A stretch of 64,000 bases of DNA, from contig CAJINV010000001.1 of NCBI GenBank assembly GCA_905178155.1, positions 15,562,142 to 15,626,141 on the forward strand. The letters run 5' to 3'. Below the pieces are notes generated by a model that was not told the DNA's origin, did no database searches, and saw nothing but the letters and a program-made list of their open reading frames with translations. Source of the DNA: Amoebophrya sp. A120. Its lineage: Eukaryota; Protista; Dinoflagellata. Below are positions 24,701 through 36,337 of the stretch, piece by piece. Numbering within the stretch: the stretch's first letter is position 1; the number at the start of each line of letters is the position of its first letter. A program made the position numbers and the translations under genes.

Positions 24701-25567
24701 GGGAGCGCGACTCTTCCACGTGCCTCAGCTGCGCAGCTCCGGAAAAAATGATCTGGATACCTGCACTCTAGCCGATCGCAACCGACTCTGGCGGGCGTTC
24801 CTCGGTGAGATCGGTGAACCGCACGACGAGAGTTCCCTTGGGCGCACTGCAGCCGCAATGAAAACCATCTCCGCCTGCGGTCGCATCGACGAAGGGTCCT
24901 CGCAAGGTGAAGACCGCGCCAGTCTGATGTCAGCCCAAGTGATTCTTCCTGCAGAATCACTCACGCTCAAGAGGGAGACCGACGTGGTGGAGAATTATCA
25001 ACTGCAATTTCCGAATCACTACGCGTCGGGTCCGTCCTTTGAGGTGGAGTATCCGTTGCAAATGTTCGCGAATATATCCACAGAAAAAAACCCATCCACA
25101 TCCATTAATCCACTATTTGTCATGCAAAAAATGGATGTGGATGGGTTTTTTTCTGTGGATAGAATATGACCATCGACTACAGCGTGTTTCGCGTTTTTTC
25201 GACCGAGGCCCTGCTTCCCGCCGCGTGGAGCGCGAGACTGCAGCTGGTCCAGTTGCCCTTTTTAAGCCGCTTCGATTCGCTGGGAGACCTGCTCGAGATG
25301 GCTGCCAACCGAAACGGGAAACGATTCGAACAGTGGAAGCTTTCCGCCTTGAGGTACCTGGCTCCCGCGGTGACGGACAAACTATCGCATTGGTTCGGCG
25401 ATAAGCACGGGCATTCTGTGTTCGCCATCGGGCTCAATCGGGAACAGGCGAGGAAAGGCATCACTGAGTACATGGAGAGCGACACGCTGGCAAGCATCAT
25501 CAAAGATTTAAAAGCAGAGTATCAAGACCTGCTCCTCTTTCTTCAAGCTTACAAAACGAAAACATGA
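21720..25567 (+). CDS. Large hypothetical protein, possible signal peptide and PPPDE/LRAT-like cysteine peptidase motifs
   Basis: ORFs 21558-22040, 22056-25169 and 25166-25567 fuse in frame on removing the introners at 21967 and 25075 (TSE|DLVSY; FAN|MTIDY). Motifs GIYIFHPDV and PYMLGQWNCFQMAHLL. Alternative ATG at 21558. Confidence 0.7.
21967..22072. mobile_element. Introner, family B, 106 bp (eroded right TIR)
   Basis: TATCCACAGAAAAAAAACCATC... / ...GATGGGTGTTTTTTCCTGGATG; direct repeat CGAGG at 21962-21966 and 22073-22077; GT-AG register 21966-22076; in-frame stop inside. Confidence 0.9.
25075..25161. mobile_element. Introner, family B, 87 bp
   Basis: Perfect 32-bp TIR TATCCACAGAAAAAAACCCATCCACATCCATT; direct repeat GAATA at 25070-25074 and 25162-25166; 92-nt removal corrects a frameshift. 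Confidence 0.95.
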
Positions 25568-26237
25568 TCTAAAAAACTGGTGACACGAAGAAGCAGTAGA
25601 AATGACAGCGCGAAAAAGTAAAAGTTGTATATCCGAAGCGGATGTAAGATGAAACGAAGTGTATGCAAACGAATTTCAATGAAAGAAACTAGACGAGGAT
25701 GTAGAGCACTTGTGTTGGTTGTCGTGCTTGGCACAACTTCTGGCACAGGAGCTTAGTCTCTGTCCTTTTTCTGTAGCCGAGGAGGAATTCATATTCAAAA
25801 AATTAAAATTGATATGGAGTGCCTTTACAGCATCTCATACTCATTTCCCTAGTAAACGAAAATATTGCATCAATTGTCTCGTCTCTGTACTATGTATTCT
25901 GACTTTTGCAAAACCACCCCGGCGACCGATGTTATCGTCCAACGGGGTCGTGGAAAACTCTTGTACGATTGGGATTGAACAAATTAAAGCGAAGCGAGGA
26001 AATAGAAAGTGTAAATGTTGGAAAACAAGTGAAAACCAAAACTGAATCGTCAACCTACTATGTCAATCTCAAAGGAGCATGTCCCTGAACATGATAATGT
26101 GACACACGACTGACTCTAATTTGGTTGTGCTGTGTGTGTGTTCCAACTCCAAACCAAGTCTAAGCAAAACGTATGAAAAAAGCATGAAGATTAAAACATA
26201 GCTCCCGGATCCGGAAACTCATACCCTGCACCTGCTG

Positions 26238-29200
26238 ATGCTTGTCGACGTGCTTCCGAGCCTAAGCAACCGCGAGCAGGAGGCGCTCGCCCAGCGCATC
26301 CGGTCACAGAATCAATTCGTGTGGCCTTGGGACGACATCGAAAGCGTTGATGGTGACGAGGAAGAAGAAAGGTCCAATAAAGGCACGACCGAAGCAGCAA
26401 CATCGTCGGTTCTGGTCGCGCCTCAACTCCTCCGAAGCTCCAGGCCGGTACTCCACGCGGTCCTGGACGTGTGTGTCAAGAGGTTCAGAAAGGCCTTCAG
26501 AGACCAGTTTCTGCTCAGGGATTTCTCTTGCGCCGGGCGGAGAAAAAACTCGCCGGGGATTCCGAAAAGTACGAGAACAATTCAAATTTTTCTTCCTCAT
26601 TCTGACTTTTTCTTCAGGATCAACTTACATACTTGCTTTACGATTGGTTACGTTTTTTTGCATCACCTCATTTTCTTCACCGAAGATGAACTTGAAGCCT
26701 TTGGTTTCGCATTGATGCCATTTTTAGCTGCTGCACTATCGAAGTAAAAAAAAGAAACGAACAACAACAAGATCAAGAACAACTGTCCAAGCCGTGCCGG
26801 TTCCGCGGCAACTACTCCGCCTATTATTCGCCCCCGGTCGATTTCAGTTATTTCCTGCAAAACCGCAACTCCTGGCTGGGCAGCACCAGACAAGCACTCT
26901 CGGGATTGACCTACGAGGTCGATCGGTCGGACTTCCGCCCAGCCTGGACGGTGGAGCGGGAGATTTTGCGGACCAACTCTTCCGTCGACGGTGTTTCCTG
27001 GGCGCAGATCGAGGAGCCCTTCTGGTTCTCGCACGGGCAGCGGGTGCAGCTGCTACCGGAGTCCTGCGGAACAGCGGGGGAGGATCTAAAGCTCTTCTCC
27101 CGGGACGTTGCGGATGATGACGAGATTTTCTTCAAATTGGCCAGTGCCGCGGACGAAGGCGATGAAGTAGAAGGTGAAGGCAGCTCCGAGCAGCAGGTGG
27201 GGAGGTGTCCTCGAGCAAACAAAGACGTCGACAATGTCGAGGACACGACTGACGGGGATTGGTATCAAGACAGTTCTTCCGACGATGAAGTAGAAGATGA
27301 TGACGATGCTGGCGAAGGAGCGATACATGAACGCCCCCACTCTCGCGTCGGAAGAGAGTCTCCGATCCGCCTGCCAATCTTTGTCTTCGGCCAGAATCGA
27401 CCGCTGCTTTGTTGGGCCTCTCGACGCTTGCAGGACAGCCACGCCGTTGTCTTCTGTTGCGTAAACCGACGTCCGCTGGACCTGCGGTTTGCCTCGACGC
27501 GGCTGCGAGACGATACTGCGATTGTTCGGAGAGCTGTATCGATCGACCCGGTAGCGCTGCAGTTCGCGTCGGACCGGCTACGGGACTCGGAGGTAGGTTT
27601 GGATTTTCGCACCTACTTACTCGAGTGTACGCGTACCTATCGATGTTGCTCTGCCAGGTTTCATCATAGCCATCGTCTCCATGTAAACGATAAAATCAAG
27701 ATTTTTTTCAGTGACACCAGTGGCAGTGTCCTCGATCGTGCTAGCGGTAGTTAGACTTTGAAAAACTCAAAAACGTCTAGGATATCCTACTCGCCTGCCG
27801 TTGCGATCCCTACCGATCCGGAGGGACCTGTTCAAACATGCGGAATACGGACGAGGACCGGAAAATTGCGGGGGCGCCCTACTACCACCACTGGTTCCGA
27901 TTTGCATCCGAGCGACTGCGCAACGACGTCTCCTTCGTCCAGCGCTTCGTCGAGACCTTGATCGCAAGCCGGGGTGGCCAAGGAAATTTGTTTCATGAAA
28001 TGCTTCAGCATGGGGGAGAGGACGTGCGGGACTGCGAAGCCATCGTTGTGCAGCTGATCCTCGGCAACCGCAGCCTACATGTCGGGGGCGCGAAAAAGAG
28101 AAAAAAAAGCGAGCGCAGTGAGAGCCGAGTAACTCGGGGCATGGGGTACTCCAACGACTACATCAGCTCCCGCTATTGTCTGAAATTCGCGTCCGAGCGG
28201 GTCCGGTCCCTGGAGCACCTGTGGCTGCTTTGCCTGGGCCCGCCACCGCTACCACGGGGAAAGACCATGGAGCAGCTGGCAGTTGAATTCGAGGCGAACA
28301 AAAAGGTGATCTCCTACTCTTCACACCCTCTGGTTCCCACGTGGAAGCTGCTGCCTGGGATCGCGGCCGAGCTGCTGACTTGGGCGCCCGACAGTATTCG
28401 TGACTCTGACGCTGTCATGGCGTTGGCGCTCGACTCCGACTGCTACTGTGTTCGCTTTGCATCGCCGCGGCTTCAACACGACGAAGCCTGGGTCCGCCAC
28501 CACGTTCTATCACACAACCGCAACCGCGGAAACTCCCACAGCCGTGTTGACCACGAACACCTAAGGAATCCATCCACAAAAGAACCGATTGCAACGGTGG
28601 CCGAGCTTTTCAAAGGCATAGGAAGAAATGGGGTTGTTCCAGTGGTGGGCAATGACTGTTCGTCAGCATCTGGCTCGCGGAAAAGCAACGGGGGCTACGC
28701 CGCCAAGGACGCCAGTGGCTGGGAAACGCACGTGCGTCGTCAGGGCGTGCCTCCTTTCGCATACCTGTCGCCTCGACTTCGCGACAATGAGGAAATTTTG
28801 GAATTAGCCTGCGGCTTTTTTCCGGAATCTTTTCTCTACGCAAGCGAGAGATTGCGGGAATCCTCCGTAAAGGCTGCTTGCACTGCGATCTGGGCGATTG
28901 GGCCGGTGTCCGACAGTTGGAAAAAAATTGAGAAAATTTTCGATTTTCATATCAACCCTGTTTGGCGCAAAGACGGCGCAGGGATGGAGCGGGAGGAGGT
29001 CCGATGTGCCCCGTTCTTGGCGCAATTGCACGAAAACCTGCGAGACAGCCCCACAGTTAATACCGCAGCCTGCGTCAAAGACGCCAGGGCCCTGCGCTTC
29101 GCGTCAGACCGCATTCGTAGTGGGGAAGGTGAGGACGCCGTGCAAGTTTTGCACACTGCGCTAAAGCAAAACGTGTGGGACGCGCTCGAATGCGTGGGCG

Positions 29201-29607
29201 ACACAGCGCTCAAGGAGAATCGAGGCAATGTTCTCGGCTGCGCCGGATACTGGAACTTCGTCGCCGCGATGGGGAAGATGCGGCGAATCTATTCACCAAA
29301 GTCAAAGTCCTTCAACAATATTGCTCCGATGGAGGATCTTCAGGATGACGAAGTAGAAGAGCAGAGTTCTTTGACACAACAACTCCTGCAGCACGTCGCA
29401 CGATACCGCGCCGACAAGATGTCGAGTGAAGGAGAAGATTTTTGCGCCAAGGAAGAGAAGGAAGAGGAACCGGGGGAGGTCGACAAGGACGGTGAGGCTG
29501 CTTCTGTACTAGACGAAGTTTCGAACTGCCTGAATCCTGATGACGTTGACGGCATCCACTGTCTCTGCCCAGCGCACTTGCGGAGGATAGGAGTCTGGGA
29601 CGCATAG
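26238..29607 (+). CDS. DUF4116 repeat protein, multi-exon
   Basis: Repeated units such as IVRRAVSIDPVALQFASDRLRD, CVRFASPRLQHD, SFLYASERLRE and ALRFASDRIR; three + strand ORFs separated by intron-like stretches. Confidence 0.75.
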
Positions 29608-30257
29608 ACAAAGAAACATAAGCTGTTGTTCATCTACGTCTTAGTTTTTGGCTTTACCATTACCAACGACCCTCCAGCGAGCACGAATAGATAAATGCAC
29701 GATCATCATGTTGCTGTATGATAGATGACAATCAAGGTGAAGTTGAGGTAGATGCGCCTTGATGTCGTACGTAAGTAAGTAGCTTCTTCGACCGAAACTA
29801 AAAAGAGTCACATTGGATTGCGCAGGTTTCCCACGGCTGCGGTTCACTGTCTTGCTGCTACTTACGGTTACGCACCTGAGTGTGCGAGTTTCAGTTTCCG
29901 GAGGCTTTTAGAACCGTGTTCGATGTGGGCGGTTCTTCACGGACTTTTTTTACGACGAATGTGTAATTAGCGAGAGCCACGTCAGGCTGTGCTGGCTGTA
30001 GTTGAGACGAGTTCTAGTACTTCTTCTGCCCTGCACAGCATAGAAAGAGCAGCAGATGAAGCAACACTATCACTAAAAAAATTCCTTGTCAATGTCTAGT
30101 ATGTCGATGCGTACCTAGCTGCTTTCTACTAGAGCTTGGCGCGGATTCGAACTTCATCCCGGTCCGCTTCTGTTTCGGTTTTATGTAAGTCACTTCGTTG
30201 TTCTGGCGAAGAACATTACGCCCCTCGTCATTTATGACCCCAATCCTCGTGAACAAC

Positions 30258-33200
30258 ATGGCGTCCTCGTCCTCTTACGCAACCGTGACCATCAATCTGC
30301 TGGCCACCGGTCGGCAGATTGAGATGCAAGCCTGGCCGGTGACGGAGACCGTCGCGGATCTGAAGCGGAACATTGAGCGGCAGTGCGCCATTGACCAGCG
30401 GCAGATGCGGGTGATGTGCAACGGGCGCAACCTGACGGAGGACTTCGCGACCCTGGCGTCCGTCGGGGTGGTCGACGGAAGTCAACTGGTTGTTGTGATG
30501 CGGCTGAACATGTACAACGAGGTGGCGGGGCAGACGAAAATCCACGGCGTCTCGAAGGACAACTACGGCAACGCGGTCGGGACCAACTTTGACCTGGCGA
30601 AGGACGGTGCGTTCGCGGGCGCCACGATCGCCGTTTTGCACTTGTACACGTTCGGCGGCTTTGACTTTTCGTACCCGCAGAAGGCTTTGGAGTTGAAGGG
30701 GCTCAAGATCAAGCGGTGGACGGAGCTCCCGCAGCCGTTTGAATTGGAGCGGCAAATCCAGGATTGCTGCCAATTGTGGCTGATCAGCAGCATCGAGGGA
30801 CGGTTGGAAGAGTCGCACATGAGTGTCATCAAGGATTTCTGGCACCGAGGAAACGGCGTGTACATCTGGGGGGAAAACAAGCCCTGCTACGAAGACGCGA
30901 ACCGGCTGGGGAAGTATTTGTATCAAATGGAAAAATGTCTGGGTCTGGAAGAATGCAACTTGTCATGCTAAATCTGAAGCATGCAAAAATCTGTGTTGCA
31001 TGATTACCAAAAGCCATCCAGTTTTGGCCAAGTCGGGAGGGAGTTTCTCATGCAGGATAGGCATGAGAGAGAGTGCACAGAATCTGTCATGTTAGGCTCT
31101 GCATTACAGACCTCATGAGTCATGTAAAATCTGCATGACAAGTCTGGCAGTCGATTTGAGGTAGTTGTTACGTGTGGTTGGTCTTTCGGTTCTGCCTGAG
31201 TATTTCCTTTTCAGTCAAATATTTAGTCTTCTGAACTTCGACTTCTTATCCTTATTTCTCGCCTATTTATTGGATGAAGCTAAACAGCGCCTCTGACTTA
31301 TTAATGTTTTTGGCGTATGTGACTCATCCATATATCAATGTGAAGGTCTTGTCGCAGGAGTCAGCATTTTTGTTGCTGTGCTCCTGGTTTTGGCTTTCTA
31401 TATGTTTAGCGAGTTGGAATTGTTGGCTAAGGTTGGCGTAATTTGGCAAAGTGGGATATGTTGGCGTGAAGTGTGTTGGAATCGTGGCCGGGAGATGATG
31501 GTGATGGCACTTCGGTGTCCGCCTGACCTACCTTCCCTGCGTGACAGCCATCTGCGGCTGTTTACAAAGGGGGAGGCAAAGTGTGCCGCACTTCTGTTTA
31601 GCATGACAAGTCTGGCATTCTTCCAGACCCAGACATTTTTACATTTGATAACTTGATAGGGGCGACCATGTCCGGAAACGTACCGGGAGGGAAGGTAGCA
31701 AGTTTGTAAAAGCTGCGCTGAAGCGGCATCATAGGATATGAATATGTGTATGTCAACATGTACATGGAAAATAAAAATACCAACTGCATTCGCATTCCGA
31801 CTGCTCTATTCAACAGCATTTCGATGTTCAGGTCGTGCGCGAGCGTCCCCTGGGTTCTAACAGCGGCAGTGGGTTCGTGCAGCACTTGATCACTACCGGT
31901 CTCGAAACGCTCTTTGAGGGCGTCACCGTTGCCACGATTCACCAGGACCGGAATTTTCACCGCCAGCGCATGATGCCTTTGGTCTACGGTTCCGACATGA
32001 TTCCGGATGACAAGAACCCCGGTGGACAAAAACCAAATTTGGTCACCGCCGTCTACGAGCAGGACGGGCGGCGGCTGATCATCGACACGGGGTTTACCCG
32101 GCTGTACGTCAACTGGGACTCGGCCGGTACCGGACGGTACGTCAGCAACGCGGCCGCGTGGCTGGCGAATTTCGAGCGGTTTCAGCAGATGGACGTACCC
32201 CTGGGCATGCTAGACGGGGGGCAGTTGCGGATGAACCGGGAGGAGGTGACGGAACTGCAGGAAGCGTTTATGCTGTTTGACAAGTCCCAGACCGGGTACA
32301 TCGACATCAAAGATTTGGAGTCCGTGCTCCTCTCCCTCGGGCAAATCGCGACGGCGGAGGAAGTCCGGGACTTGATCTCGGTCGTGACCATCGGGAACCC
32401 CGACGCGGCGCGGTTGAATTTTCAGGAATTCCTCGGCGTGATGAACAGCGCGATCGAAGACAAAAACGCGGAACAGGAGATCTACGAAGCCTTCAAGATG
32501 TTTGACATGGACCGCACGAGAAACATCAACGCGATGGAGCTGAAGAAAGTGATGGACAGTCTGGGCACGCAGGTGAGCCACGCGGACGTGGAGGAGATGG
32601 TGGTGGAGGCGGACCTGAACCACCAGCGGCGGATCAATTACGAGGAGTTTTACAAGATCATGATGGGGAACCAGATCGGGAAGAAGAACGTGAGCAAGGA
32701 GGAGCGCGACCGGCAGGAGAAGCTCGCGGAGCGGCGGCACGGCCGCGGGCCTGCGGCCACGATGGCGCACTTGCGCGCGGCGCAGCGGTGGGACGCGTTG
32801 CGCACGCAGGTCATGAAGGCGGTGCGGCGACACCGGGTGGATAATCAGGAGCAGGTCACGCAGGACAACGCGGAGCTGCTGGATAAACACCGCATCCGAC
32901 ACTTGATTGGCTTGGCACTCACGACGGTTGTGACCACCATCTGCATCGTCGTTCCACTGGTTCTGCAGGGGGCTTTTGAGTCTCAGATGGACGAGGCGCA
33001 CAACCTCCGTGCGCTCACCCACCACGGCAACGCGGTGCTGTACTATGACGAAGCAATGTCTATGGCAGCACGGATGACGGCCCTCACCGCCGCCCAGGAA
33101 ATGCTCGACCCGGTGAACATGGTGCCGGACAGCGCGAACGCCACGAAGAAGTACAATTTGTGCCATTTTGCGCCCCCGGCCGGCACGGAGTACCCGTATT

Positions 33201-35725
33201 TCTGCTGCGCCCGGTGGGTCAACCGCTACAACAGCTTCGGCCCGCAAATGGACGCCGCGATTGCGAACATCCAGAACCTCGCCCGGAGCATCGCGACCGA
33301 CTACGATTTACTGGTCGCGGCGTCGAACAGCAAACTGATCGCCCGGGAAACCATCGCGCTCAACATGTGTGGGGGTACTGGCACGTTCGGCAACGCCGGG
33401 ACCGGCATCCGCACGGCGGGGAACGGTCTGCTTTCCGTCCAGCCGGAATTGCTCTGGGGCTACGCACCCGGGGGCGTTGATTCCCCCGGTCGCGGGCTGT
33501 TGAACGGCATTGACGCGCTTTTCGACGAGGGCCACTTCGTCAAAACGAGTAATAGTGTAGAGGTGATGGACAGTTTGGTTGGCGGCAAGTTGCTCACCCG
33601 AACTTTCCAGGCGGACGAGATCGTTGCAAACTCCGCGACTTCGCTAACCCTGAAGCTAGCCGGCGTCGACCAAGTCAGATTAGCGTTAAAAGCCCCGCAA
33701 GCGACCAGCACGAATCAGCGCGTGTACATTGATCAGGTGTTTCCGGACACGGCTGCGCAGCGCGACGGGATCATCGAGGGAATGAACGATCCTTTGTACG
33801 GGGATTTCCGCCCCTTTCTCGTGGAACTGACCAACACGGCGACCAGCCAGAGCTACACCGGCACGGCGGGCAGCACCGGGTTCCACATGTGGCCGCGAAC
33901 GGCGGTAATTAGCGGTTTCCCCGGGTCGGGACAGGTGATCACGGTCCGGATCGCCGACCCGGTGACGCTGACAACGTACGATACCGAGAAGGTGAAGCTG
34001 CTGTCCGGCGTGAACAAGTTGGAGGAACTGATCAAGGAAAAAGTGGAAGACTTCGATCGCGACCACTGGACCACGGCCATGCGGAACGGCGTGGTTTTGG
34101 TGATTTGTGCCTTAATCCAAGGGTTCGCGGTCTTCTTGCTGATCTTGCAGGAGAAAAAGGCGGTTTTGGTTGAGTTCCAGCACTTCAAATCCGCAGACGA
34201 ATGCCAGGATCTGAAGCAGCGGGACTGGTTGACAAGCGAAGCCTTGCCTATTCTCCGGTCGACGATCGTAGAGGACATCTCGAGCTCCTGGACCAACAGG
34301 GACCAGACGACCCACAGCCCAAAGAGTAACAGAGGGGAGACAAACGCAAATAACCCCAATTCGAAGATGCACATTGTGATAGGGGAGAGCAACACTCAAC
34401 AAGGCAAGCAGCAAGCCCAGCAGCCGGCGCCGTTAACGCGGACGGAGAGCCAGAAAATGCGCATGACCGCGATCTGGACGAACAAATTTAAAAAGATCGC
34501 ACGATTGAAAAAGCTGCAGGAGCACATGTGCGAGCTGAACCGGGTGGAGGCGTTGCTCGCACCGTATAAGAAATACCGATTCCCGCTGATGATTGCCGCC
34601 GAGGTGATCTGTTTGCTCTGTATTCTTGTCCCCTCCCTGTTCGAAATCTACAACAACGAGTCGATCCGCGCCACGGCGGAGCTGCGGAATCTGCAGGGCG
34701 CCGCAGACCTGGTGGTGTACTACGACGAGGCGCTCACCATGTCCGCGCGCATGGCGGTGTTGCGCGGCGACGTCGGGGGCTGGTCGCGCCGCTACAACAG
34801 CTTTGTGGGGCCGATGGACGGGCTTCTGGGCTCGCCGCCGGGTGCGACCCCCGTGTTCAAGGGCAGGCTGGAGACCATTGAGGACGTTTTGCTCGACAAA
34901 TTCAACACGGACCACGACGAGGAACCGGGGATCGGAAACATTTGGGACCAGTACAACACGCAAGTTGTCACGGCCAACGCAGAACTCGTGGAGCTCGAGG
35001 GCGCGGCGCTCTCCATTGCGGCCCTCAAGGACAGCCCCGCTGGAAGCACGAATTTGGCGAGGTAGAGTTAGACTTTTTGTGCTAAGAATAATAAGTGGAA
35101 GACAGTCTACTGTCCTTGTCGAACAACATGTTGGCTGTTCTTGCTCTAGTCATCATCATCAAAGTAGTGAATGTGAGTCAATCTTGATGCAGTGCGTTAC
35201 ACTTACATACTACCTTCCAAGTAACCGTTTCCTATCAGCTACAACGCGGGCAAGTCGAACCTGTTTGGCACAACGTATCAGACGTATAAGGACACTCTGA
35301 AGAAGGCAATTCTGACGGAGACGCTGGTCCCGAAAATCAACAAACTGGTGGAGTACCAAGAACGCTCTGACGAGGACAGGAAAGATCTGAACACCGGCAT
35401 CATCACCACCGTGGCTGTGGTACTGGCTCTCATCCTTGCCGTTCTCGGCTACTACGAGCGTCAATCGATTGCGCTGGACAAAATTTTTCTCACCGCGTAT
35501 CGCAACGTGCTAAAATACGAGTCGCGGGATTGGCTCACCAACGACGCACTGCTGACCTTGCGGACCAACATCATTTCCGACGTGCGCCGGGCGACGTTGC
35601 GGCGATTCGACGAAGCTGACGACTCGCAGAAGCCCTTTATTGAGGTGCTGGATAAGCCAAAAGATCTGAACATTGCCGACGTGCCGGTGACGCCCAGCAC
35701 CATGCGGTTTATGGAAAATGCTTGA
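30258..35725 (+). CDS. Multidomain membrane protein: ubiquitin-like + alpha/beta (GATase/flavodoxin-like) domain + four EF-hands + two TM-sensor-TM modules
   Basis: Ubl (ETVADLKRNIE..QMRVMCNGRNL..TLASVGVVDGS); calmodulin-like LQEAFMLFDKSQTGYIDIKDL and EAFKMFDMDRTRNINAMEL; four hydrophobic helices; repeated YYDEA(M/L)(S/T)M(A/S)ARM and RYNSF. Joined via introner 30921-31650 and GT-AG introns 31694-31831 and 35062-35238. Confidence 0.8.
30921..31650. mobile_element. Introner, family A (subfamily A2), with nested insert, 730 bp
   Basis: TIRs TATCAAATGGAAAAATGTCTGGGTCTGGAAGAATGC / GCATTCTTCCAGACCCAGACATTTTTACATTTGATA; direct repeat ATTTG/ACTTG; removal gives GKYL|IGATMSGNV; interior homologous to 15413-15674. 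Confidence 0.92.
31150..31600. mobile_element. 451-bp insertion of unknown type flanked by a 17-bp duplication
   Basis: GCATGACAAGTCTGGCA at 31133-31149 and 31601-31617; removing insert plus one copy leaves 262 bp, the length of the sibling at 15413. Confidence 0.8.
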
Positions 35726-35854
35726 TTGAAGATCAACCGGGAGGAGGAGCGAGAGCACCGGCTTAAGCATATCATCGCTAATACGTGCATCTGTTTGAAT
35801 GATGCGTTTCTGAGTTTCCCGTTTCTTACGTTTCGAAATTCCGCTAGTAGATGG

Positions 35855-36218
35855 TATGACACATAAATCATCAACCAACGATAAGAACCTTGATCCACTC
35901 CAAAGATCCAAAGCACACCTAAACGGGCACGATCGTCACTAATTCAATTCTACTAGAGTAAGATGACTACTGAACCTGAAACAGGCTAAGACGGGCACGA
36001 ACGTCACGGCAAGAATAGTGAAGGTTCCCGAGTGCCCCAGTTTTGCCTGGGCACGCAGTACCATCGACCTTTACTCTTCCAATGAACCCCAGGGCCCTTG
36101 ATGCCAGTCAAGGCACACACACAAATAATCTCTCATGCATATTTGTACCACCTCAACTAGGTGTTGTTTTTACTCGTAGTGGGTTCGACCTCGTCGTTGG
36201 TTAGTTCGCATCTTCACA
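35855..36218 (+). repeat. 5' LTR
   Basis: TATGACACATAAAT...CATCTTCACA; appears identical to 42540-42903 by eye. Confidence 0.95.
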
Positions 36219-36232
36219 GAGTTATGAGCCCA
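36219..36232 (+). promoter_or_regulatory. Primer-binding site complementary to the initiator tRNA-Met anticodon arm (half-tRNA priming)
   Basis: GAGTTATGAGCCCA directly after the 5' LTR; the reverse complement TGGGCTCATAACTC contains the CAT anticodon loop. Confidence 0.75.
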
Positions 36233-36337
36233 AATTACCACTAAGATTTACTTCTGATTGCGAACATTTAAAATTACACTTTGCACCTAATTATCAGCAT
36301 TACAAATTTAGAATCATAAATACCCCAACGACAAACC

